Shown here: one piece after another, positions 1 through 7,450 of the stretch
How positions within the stretch are numbered: the first letter of the stretch is position 1
Layout: each line of letters begins with the position of its first letter
DNA from: Prasinococcaceae sp. CCMP 1430
Taxonomy: Eukaryota > Plantae > Prasinodermophyta
Direction: 5' to 3'
DNA: 8,128 nt
Assembly (NCBI GenBank): GCA_013416795.1
Contig: RQSC01000028.1
Location: 986,269-994,396, forward strand
Made by a program: the position numbers and the translations under genes
Notes under the pieces: model-generated
The model's database searches: none
Seen by the model: the letters and a program-made list of their open reading frames with translations, nothing else
Told to the model about the DNA's origin: nothing

Positions 1-53
1 GGCGGCGGCGGCGCGCGCCCGCGCGGCAAGCGTCGAGCGCGGCGGGGGCGCAG

Positions 54-590
54 GTCCTAACGACCGCGGAGGCGTGCCCGTTCTGTCGCGACTACGAGGG
101 CTGCCGCGGAATTTGCCGGAACCCGCAGAACGTCGACTCCGCCGCGGCGCGTGAGGTCGTCGCCGGCGAGACGGCCGTCGAGGCGGTCCTCAAGCAGCTC
201 GAGGCGCTCGCGGCGCCGAACGAACCCAAGGTCGGCAACTGGGCGCGCGTGTGCTACCTGTTCGTCCATCCCACGCAGCGCGACCCCTTTGAGCGCTCGC
301 GGCTGTTCGGCGTGAGCAAGGACATCTACCAAGAGGACCACTTCCTCGGCGCGTTCGGCGCGCAAGCGGCGGGCCTCGTCGGGCTGGAGTCGTTCGAGCT
401 CGTCGCCGAGCGGCCGCTCAGCGACGGCCGCGTGCGAGTGGACGCGCGCGTGGTGGAGGCCATGGGCAGGGGGGAGTGGGTGTGGACTTTCGTCATGGCG
501 CCAGTCGAGGTGGGCAAGTACGCGGGGCTCTACGGCACGCTCCGCCTCCTCCGCGAGGACAGCAAGTGGCTCGAGGCGATGGCCTCGTAG
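54..590 (+). CDS. 3' part (last exon or incomplete 5' end) of an uncharacterised protein; weak resemblance to DUF4864/NTF2-like algal proteins
   Basis: The frame is open from at least 3 to TAG at 588-590. From 54 it reads VLTTAEACPFCRDYEGCRGICRNPQNVD...AVEAVLKQLEALAAPNEPKVGNWARVCYLFVHPTQRDPFER...GKYAGLYGTLRLLREDSKWLEAMAS*, with GC3-rich codons and globular composition. A possible acceptor GCGCAG lies at 48-53 and no ATG is seen in the window upstream of this region. The family resemblance (QLxAL..N-EP, terminal G.Y.G...T) is from memory, not from a search. Confidence 0.65.
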   Translation, partial: VLTTAEACPFCRDYEGCRGICRNPQNVDSAAAREVVAGETAVEAVLKQLEALAAPNEPKVGNWARVCYLFVHPTQRDPFERSRLFGVSKDIYQEDHFLGAFGAQAAGLVGLESFELVAERPLSDGRVRVDARVVEAMGRGEWVWTFVMAPVEVGKYAGLYGTLRLLREDSKWLEAMAS

Positions 591-835
591 ACACCGCGGA
601 AGCTGGTCGTTGCGACCTGCGCGCGTGCCTAGGCGCCGCGCGACTGCCTGTCTGTACGCACGCATTGCTGCACTTCAGGCTATGCGCGGCCCGTCGCCGA
701 TCCCCCTTGTGCACACGCACTTACTGTGTGCAGACAGCACCGCAGGCGCTCGCTCGCGGCGCCTCGATGGGCTCGCGCTCCTGCCGCGCCCCGGTGTAAC
801 ATCATGGTAGGACGCGCAAAAAACAAGCCTACACA

Positions 836-860
836 TACCATCTGATGGTACGTACAGTAC
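836..860 (+). promoter_or_regulatory. Palindromic GTAC-rich module copy A (TACCATCTGATGGTAC-GTAC-AGTAC), 390-414 nt upstream of the NUDC ATG; function inferred
   Basis: It is identical to the reverse complement of 4850-4870 apart from a 4-nt insertion, contains the palindrome TACCATC-T-GATGGTA, and lies in an AT-richer island with four GTAC sites in 848-868. Confidence 0.5.
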
Positions 861-978
861 ACAAGTACATTTCTATCTGATGGTGCATCAAACCGCATTG
901 TCTGTGACCGTGCCGCTGATTGCACGAGGCACGCCATCTGCATGCGTCGATAGCTGAGCTCGTGAAGAGATCGCCGGC

Positions 979-1030
979 GGGCGGGGCGGGCGGAAGGGCG
1001 GGCGGACGGGAGGGAGGGAGGGGCGGAGGG
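979..1030 (+). other. G-quadruplex-competent tract (nine runs of 3 or more G) upstream of NUDC
   Basis: GGG C GGGG C GGG CGGAA GGG C GGG CGGAC GGG A GGG A GGG A GGGG CGGA GGG fits the G3+N1-7 pattern twice over. Confidence 0.6.
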
Positions 1031-1249
1031 AGCGGCGGCGCGGTGCCACAAGACAGCCTCCCTCACCCCCTCGACACACACCATGGCCATGGCTGCCCAG
1101 GCTCTGTCCGCGAAGGCCAGCGTGCGCGGCGCGCGCGTCGCGGGCGCCGACCCGCTGCCACACCGCGCGCCCCCCGCGGCGCGCGCGCGGCGCCCTTCCT
1201 CTCTCCTTCGACCCTCTGTCGCCGCGCGTTGTCCGCACGCTCGGGCGCG

Positions 1250-2960
1250 ATGGCGGTCATCGAGGAGGTGGACGCCGCCCCGGCGGCGGCGCGCGAGCCC
1301 GCGCTCGAGGACACGCGCTCGACTCCGCACATGGACGACGAGCGCTTCGACGCGATGCTCCTCGGCGTCGCGCAGCAGCAGGAGGGCGGCATCGACGGCC
1401 TGCTCGGTGCGTGCGTGTGGCGGGAAGGGGCGCGCGCCGCGCGCCGCGTGGCCGCGTGCGGAATCGACCCGCGCGGAGTGGGGAGGGGCGCGGACGCCGC
1501 GCGCGGCCACGCGCCGCGCCGCGCACACACCTCACACACTCCCGCACTCCCGAAGAACGGGCGCACGGCTCGCTCGCGCGGCGGCCCCGGGGACGTCCTG
1601 GCGTCCGCCGCTGCCGCCGAGGTGTGGCGATGCCACGCCTCCGCATTGTCCTACACCCACCCCCACCCCCACCCGCTCCCCTTGGCGTGGCCCCCTCCTG
1701 TGTCCTGACGCGCACTCGCGCGCTCCCCCGATCGCGCGCACCCCGACCGTCGTCCGTCGGCCCGCTGATCGATCGCACAGACGTCATGTTCGGCTTCCTG
1801 CGCCGAAAGACGGACTTCTTCAGCGTGGACGCGGCGCGCGCGCGCGACGCCGTGACGTCTGCGCTCTCGCGCCAGCTCGCGCGCGTCGGCCGGGACGCCG
1901 CCGCCGCCGCCGAGGAGCGCGCCCAAAACGCGGCTCGCGACGCCGAGCGCAAGGCTGGGGCCGCCAGCAAGGCCGCCGCGCAGAGCGCCGCCCGGGAGGC
2001 GGAGGAGGCCGCGCGCAAGGAGCGCGTTGCGAAGGCGAAGGCGGAGGCCGAGGCAGCTCTGAAGGCCAAGCGGCAGGAGGACGAGGCCAAGGCAAGGGGC
2101 AAGGCGAAGGGTGCGATCTCTGCTGCGTGCGACAGCGCTCGCGCCGCGTCCGGGGCCTTGCCTCTCCCTCGTGTGTCTGACCCGCCCCCCCCCCCCCGCG
2201 CGCGTCCGCTTGTCCTTGTCCGAGCAGCGGCCGATGGGGAGCTCGAGGAGGAGGAGGCGGAGGCTGCGGACCCCGACGCGCCCGCCGCAGGCAAGGTGTT
2301 GCCGAGCGCGGGCAACGGCGGCGAGGCGGATGGATACACGTGGACGCAGACCCTCTCCGAGGTTGAGGTGCGCGTGCTCGTGCCGCAGGGCACACCGGCG
2401 CGCGCGCTCGACGTGAGGATCTCGAAGAACGCGCTCAGTGTGGCGCTCAAGGGGCAGGAGCCTATCGTGTCGGGTGACCTGAGCAAGCCCGTCGTCGTGG
2501 ACGAGTCGATGTGGAGCCTCGAAGACAAGACGTGGGTGGTTGTGACCTTCACCAAGGTTGACCAGATGTGCTGGTGGAGCTGCGTTTTGGAAGGCGACGT
2601 GGAGATCGACACGCAGAAGGTCGTGCCTGAGAATTCCAAGCTCGGTGACCTCGACGGCGAGACGCGGAGCACCGTCGAGAAGATGATGTACGACCAGCGG
2701 CAGAAGCAGATGGGTCTGCCCACCTCTGACGAGCAGCAAAAGGAGGACATGCTCAAGAAGTTCATGGCGAGGTGCGTGCGAAAAGTGCGCGAGGACCGCG
2801 TGGCGCCGCGGAGCTGTGGCGCGTCCCAGCGCGCGCGCCGGCGCGCGCTCCGAGCGCACCGCGCTGACCGTGCGCGCCGTGCGCACATCCGCTTCCCGGC
2901 CCCCGCGTCGCGACGCGAAGCCACCCTGAGATGGACTTCTCCAACGCAAAGATACAGTAA
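1250..2960 (+). CDS. NUDC: Nuclear distribution protein C (NudC), Hsp90 co-chaperone / dynein regulator; 4 exons 1250-1406, 1781-2110, 2228-2771, 2921-2960; 356 aa
   Basis: The spliced product contains the NudC N-terminal motif GGIDGLL|DVMFGFLRRKTDFF, a K/E/A-rich coiled coil, the CS/p23 domain (GNGGEADGYTWTQTLSEV...WWSCVLEGD..IDTQKVVPENSKLGDLDGETRSTVEKMMYDQRQKQMGLPTSDEQQK) and the C-terminus KFMA|SHPEMDFSNAKIQ*. Introns 1407-1780, 2111-2227 and 2772-2920 are all GT..AG with CTGAY branch-like motifs, and the phases are consistent (157+330+544+40 = 1071 nt). Confidence 0.95.
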
Positions 2961-3076
2961 GCTAACAATTCACCTCCTCCCTTCCCTCGGCTTCCCTACC
3001 GTCCGCCGACGCGTCCTCCCGAGCGCGCCGCCAGCTGCACCGCGCAAACGCGCGCGCGCGGTCCCCTCGGTCCACA

Positions 3077-4301
3077 TCAGCGCCTAGCGAAGTTGCGCAT
3101 CATGTCAGCCTTGGCTTTGCGGTCGATCGCCTCGAATTGCGACATCCACCGCTCGAGGGCGTCCACGCCGCCGCCGCCGGGCGCGCCGTAGAAGCCGCCC
3201 TCGTTCTGCGGCGGCCGCACGAGCGCGCTCTCCACGCCTGGCATCTCCGCCTCGCGCTCGGCGCGCCGCCCGGCGAGCGCTTTCCCTACGCCACCTTCGC
3301 CGCCTTCCCACGGCAGCGCCGCATGCACGCCGGGCACGTACACCTCAGGTAACACAGTGGTGTCCTCCTGCACGAGCTCCGACGCGAGGCCCGCGGCCTG
3401 TGCTGAGGTCACTCCGCCTCCGAGCACGCGCGTGAGGGCCACGTGCTCCGCGACGAGCTCCGTCTGCATGTCGCCGAGCGCGTGAAGCGCCGATGGGGCG
3501 CGGAGTCGCTGCTGCAGCGCCATGGGCGCTCCCCCCATCGGGAAGCCGAGGTCACCGCCGACTGGCCCGGCGCGTTGCAGAAGGTGCGGCACGCCCAGAT
3601 TGCGCCCCGGCGGCGGATTGACCCCCCGCGGCGCGCCGCCCCCGTCATCGGCGTGCGCGGCGGCTGCAGCCGGGTCGTACATGGCGAGCTGCGTGTTGGG
3701 CGCCGGCGCGGCGCCCGCCACCCACTGTGCCGCGGCCTTGGCGCGCGCCGCGGCGTCGCTCTCGCCTCGCGTGCCCTGCGAGTCGAGCGCGTGGGCCTCG
3801 CCTGAGGGCGGGAGGCGCTCACGCTGCGCGTTGAAGCCCCCCGCGGTGCGCTCCTCGTTGGCACTGCGCCGTGCGAGCTGGCGCTGTTCGCGCAGCACGC
3901 GCGCCTCGTCCTCGGCGTCGAGCCGCCGTTGGCGCTCCTTCTCGGCCTCTTTGGCGAGGCGTTTAGCGGCGACCTGCTCGTCGAGCTCGCGGCGCATTTG
4001 CGCGGCCTGTGGGGGCATGCGAGAGCGAGACGCACGCGAGGGGCGCGTTCGCGTGGGCGCACGCCATCGCGGGCGAGTTGTCGCGCGTCAGCGCGCGCCG
4101 ACGCGCGCGCAGCAGCAGCTCCTCCTCCCTCCCTCCCTCTCTCTGTCTCTCTGCGGCCAACCACAAGCGGCGGGGACGCTCGTGGCTCACCTTGGACTCG
4201 CGCTCGCGCCGCTCGTCCTCGCCGCCCCACATGTCAGAAATGGACTTCATGAACGGCTTGCGCGCGCCCGGCGGCGGCGAGTGCGCAGTGACGAGCGCCA
4301 T
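3077..4301 (-). CDS. Uncharacterised coiled-coil protein, 2 exons (4301-4191, 4006-3077), ~346 aa; N-terminal coil loosely resembles CCDC66/CSPP1-type ciliary motifs
   Basis: ATG at 4301 gives MALVTAHSPPPGARKPFMKSISDMWGGEDERRERESK. The donor is GTGAGC at 4190 and the acceptor CCCCCACAG ends at 4007 (184-nt, phase-0 intron). Exon 2 reads AAQMRRELDEQVAAKRLAKEAEKERQRRLDAEDEARVLREQRQL...KADMMRNFARR* to TGA at 3079-3077. The family resemblance is low-confidence inference. Confidence 0.75.
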
Positions 4302-4638
4302 GGCCCTTCGCGGCCCTGTCCCGCCACACGCACGCGCGCGTTCACACACTCTGCTTCGCTGCTGGGCCCGTCCCGCGCCGCCGTCGCGCGCCTTGGTCTC
4401 GGCCTCGGCCGCTGCCTCTCCGCTCGCGGGCGTGGCTGCGGGCGCCCGCAAGCCGGCCCGCGCCCCTACCGTTCCCCCCACGGGCCCGTCGGGCCACCGG
4501 CAGGCGTGACCGCAGAGAGGGCGGGCGGCGCGACCGAGGCAGGGCGAGCGCCTCGCCACGCACGCCGTGTGGGCCTGCGGGCGTCCACTCGGCGACGCCG
4601 TTCGCCCCGCTCCGGCTGGGCGCGCGCCCCACGCTGCG

Positions 4639-4675
4639 CCCCTCCCCCCCCACCCCATCTTCCCCCCTCCCCCCC
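4639..4675 (-). other. G-quadruplex-competent tract on the sense strand upstream of the - strand gene
   Basis: + strand C runs of 4, 8, 4, 6 and 7 nt separated by 1-5 nt. Confidence 0.55.
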
Positions 4676-4849
4676 ATGGGGGAACGCTGAGTCGCTGACG
4701 CTGAACGGCACGATTTCCCTCTCCGCTGCGCCCCTCCCCCGCGCAAGGCCTATCCCCTTTCCCCTCATGCCATTTCCGAGCCTCCCTCCGCCGCGTCGTT
4801 TCCCGACCCGCTCTGGCCCCGTCCCCAACAAGCATTTGTACCCCGGATG

Positions 4850-4872
4850 GTACTGTACCATCAGATGGTACA
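4850..4872 (-). promoter_or_regulatory. Palindromic GTAC-rich module copy B, ~550-570 nt upstream of the - strand gene ATG and adjacent to the element 1 insertion; function inferred
   Basis: rc(4850-4870) = TACCATCTGATGGTACAGTAC. It contains a perfect 19-bp palindrome TGTACCATC-A-GATGGTACA at 4854-4872, and five GTAC sites occur in 4838-4880. Confidence 0.5.
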
Positions 4873-4879
4873 GAAGGTA

Positions 4880-5752
4880 CCAACTCTGTTCCGTAAAAAA
4901 ACTAACTACGTCAAAATGCACGGGAAAAGTTGGCCGTTTTTGGCCGTAGACCCTTTTCTAGATTTCATTCGATTTGATTAGGATGACTTCGGGTCAAGGT
5001 GTGACAAATCCTAAAAAGAATTTATTTTGAATTTAGGGGTATTTACGCGCGAATATTTGCTCAGCGTCGTCCAAATATATTTCATTTTGATGTGAGATCG
5101 ACGGCTTTTACGCCTCCGATTTTCGGCAGAAAAAGCCTCTGAGCACCGGTCGACGCTCACGTTGGGCCTCGGGAGGGGTGAGGGCTGCCCCCCCCTAACC
5201 AGTCCACCGCCACGCAAGCCTCCCTACAGTCCTTGGAGACCCCCTCGATACCACTCCTCACCGGACCTCGCGCACTCTCGCGCTGTCGCGGCCAAAGAGG
5301 CGCACGTGCTTGCGTGCCGCCCACCATGCCTTGCCGTACGCCTGCGAGAGCGACACCACGACCACCCTTCCTGCTGTCCGCAGTCGCTTGACAGGCTCGG
5401 AGCCGCCCGTCCAGGCGGCTCCTTTGTCCCACTCGACCATGGAAGACCTCACGCCCCTCCCGGCGACGGCAGGCGAGCTCGAGGTCCTCGACAGCGCGCA
5501 CAGGTGCGCCTACGCACCATTCGACCCACCCAATTTTCCATGTTTTATATTGTTTTCAATCTAAGAACCGCCGCGTCCGCGGGCGCCGCGTTCGGGGCTG
5601 CCGGGCTTCGGGTTTCGAATTGCGGTTTGGTCATAACCCTAGCCGTCACAGATAAGAAGTGACGTACCGCACACGAATTTACGCGCCTTTGGGGTAAGAC
5701 CCTATCCGTATATCAAAACGAACGAGTTAGTTTTTTTACGGAACAGAGTTGG
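4880..5752. mobile_element. Non-autonomous Tc1/mariner (Stowaway-like) element, copy 1, 873 bp
   Basis: Perfect 28-bp TIRs CCAACTCTGTTCCGTAAAAAAACTAACT at 4880-4907 and 5725-5752 (reverse complement). TA flanks both ends (4878-4879, 5753-5754). No transposase ORF is present inside. The TIR start resembles the plant Stowaway/mariner consensus CTCCCTCYGTYCC. Confidence 0.9.
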
Positions 5753-5956
5753 TACATTACATTGGTAGGACTCGTACCAACTCTGTCCCGTAAAAAAACC
5801 AACTCGTTCGTTTTGATATAAGGATAGGGTCTTACCCCAATGGCGCGTAAATTCGCGTGCGGTACGTCACTTCTAATCTGTGACGGCTAGGGTTATGACC
5901 AAACCGCAATTCGAAACCCGAAGCCCGGAAGCCCCGAACGGGGCGCCCGCGGACGC
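5573..5956. repeat. Long inverted repeat (palindrome) formed by the facing ends of the two elements; arms ~183 bp including TA/GTAC, 18-nt loop at 5756-5773
   Basis: 5573-5755 is the reverse complement of 5774-5956 with 8 mismatches, by manual alignment. Confidence 0.95.
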
Positions 5957-6078
5957 CCGCGCGCGCGGAATCGCGGCCATTCGATTTGATATAGGTCGGC
6001 CGTCACGCCGCGCCCGCAGACTGTAAATCAAAATGCATTGCGTGCCACGCGCGCGCGCGCGTGCGTTTTGATGGGGGC

Positions 6079-6103
6079 CGCGCGCGCGCGCGCGCGCGCG
6101 CGC
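6079..6103. repeat. (CG)12+ microsatellite running into the assembly gap; other (CG)n runs at 6048-6061 and 7379-7397
   Basis: Read directly from the sequence. Confidence 0.95.
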
Positions 6104-6759
6104 NNNNNNNNNNNNNNNNNNNNNNNNNNNNNNNNNNNNNNNNNNNNNNNNNNNNNNNNNNNNNNNNNNNNNNNNNNNNNNNNNNNNNNNNNNNNNNNNN
6201 NNNNNNNNNNNNNNNNNNNNNNNNNNNNNNNNNNNNNNNNNNNNNNNNNNNNNNNNNNNNNNNNNNNNNNNNNNNNNNNNNNNNNNNNNNNNNNNNNNNN
6301 NNNNNNNNNNNNNNNNNNNNNNNNNNNNNNNNNNNNNNNNNNNNNNNNNNNNNNNNNNNNNNNNNNNNNNNNNNNNNNNNNNNNNNNNNNNNNNNNNNNN
6401 NNNNNNNNNNNNNNNNNNNNNNNNNNNNNNNNNNNNNNNNNNNNNNNNNNNNNNNNNNNNNNNNNNNNNNNNNNNNNNNNNNNNNNNNNNNNNNNNNNNN
6501 NNNNNNNNNNNNNNNNNNNNNNNNNNNNNNNNNNNNNNNNNNNNNNNNNNNNNNNNNNNNNNNNNNNNNNNNNNNNNNNNNNNNNNNNNNNNNNNNNNNN
6601 NNNNNNNNNNNNNNNNNNNNNNNNNNNNNNNNNNNNNNNNNNNNNNNNNNNNNNNNNNNNNNNNNNNNNNNNNNNNNNNNNNNNNNNNNNNNNNNNNNNN
6701 NNNNNNNNNNNNNNNNNNNNNNNNNNNNNNNNNNNNNNNNNNNNNNNNNNNNNNNNNNN
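6104..6759. other. Assembly gap (656 N)
   Basis: Run of N. ORFs spanning it are artefacts. Confidence 1.
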
Positions 6760-7450
6760 ACCGCCGCGCCGCCGTCGACCTGTACGGCTGGGCGCGGGAG
6801 CGGAGGCGGCCGGCCGAGGGCGTGTGAAGGGTCGAGGCACCCGCCTCAGCGGCGGCGGCGCAGATGGAGCGGATGCGTCGCCCCACCGCCACCAGCGCGC
6901 CCCCCAGCTGCTCCATCGCTGCCGCACGCGCCGCCGCACGCGCGCGCCGTGGCTGCTAGAGTCCGCGGCCGCGATTCGAAACCGCGGGCGAGCGGGAGCG
7001 CCTAAACCCGAAGTCATCTTAATCAAATCGAATGAAAGCTAGAAAAGGGTCTACGGCCAAAAACGGCCAACTCTTACCGTGCATTTTGACGTAGTTGGTT
7101 TTTTTACGGGACAGAGTTGGTAGTATGGACAGGGTTAGCCCGAGATCGCCAACCCCAAACATGGCGCTCTGATTTGTCAGGGTTCACTCCACTCCACGCG
7201 TGCTGCAATAGGCAATTGGCAATTGACTCGACGAGCGGATGGCGCGCGCGCGCGTGGCGCGGCGGTGCGATGCGGCGCGGCGGGACGCGGGGGGCGGCGC
7301 CACACGAGTAAACCGTCTGCATATACGGAAAAGCCGGACGCACCATCATTTACTACCGCGGAAGTGCCGAAAAGTAGTGCGCGCGCGCGCGCGCGCGAGG
7401 GGGGTGGAAAATATATCAATCCTAATGGTGTGCTTTCGCGTGGCGCTGCG

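Larger units (their letters stand above)
5777..7120. mobile_element. Tc1/mariner (Stowaway-like) element, copy 2, inverted relative to copy 1; 1344 bp including a 656-N gap; probably non-autonomous
   Basis: Perfect 28-bp TIRs CCAACTCTGTCCCGTAAAAAAACCAACT at 5777-5804 and 7093-7120. TA flanks at 5775-5776 and 7121-7122. Its ends match copy 1 ends: 180 bp with 8 mismatches (5777-5956 vs rc 5573-5752) and 120 bp with 8 mismatches (rc 7001-7120 vs 4880-4999). Pairing of the two ends assumes the gap joins correctly. Confidence 0.8.

Noticed and set aside
848-868. GTAC clusters as copper-response elements (CRR1/SBP sites)
   Set aside because: That system is established for green algae and plants. 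The host lineage is unknown, the neighbouring genes have no copper link, and the longer shared 21-mer is not explained by a 4-bp core.
1411-3087. 558-aa + strand ORF as the NudC protein
   Set aside because: It reads through intron sequence at both ends and in the middle. The spliced 4-exon model restores the conserved N- and C-terminal motifs.
57-4949. Many long antisense or alternative-frame ORFs rich in R/A/G/P (e.g. 57-665, 680-1528, 1083-2180, 1257-2924, 1651-2949, 3522-4949)
   Set aside because: They are shadow ORFs expected from stop-codon scarcity in very GC-rich DNA, overlap better-supported genes and have no recognisable motifs.
4836-5800. CRISPR-like or prokaryotic IS interpretation of the repeated 28-mers
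   Set aside because: The repeats are inverted, TA-flanked and irregularly spaced in an intron-containing eukaryotic context. No spacer array or cas gene is present.
5873-7042. Four long ORFs spanning the N run
   Set aside because: They are artefacts of translating the assembly gap.
5032-7138. Telomere-like words (TTTAGGG 5032, CCCTAA 5193, AACCCTA 5635, AGGGTTAG 7131)
   Set aside because: These are isolated single units with no tandem array.
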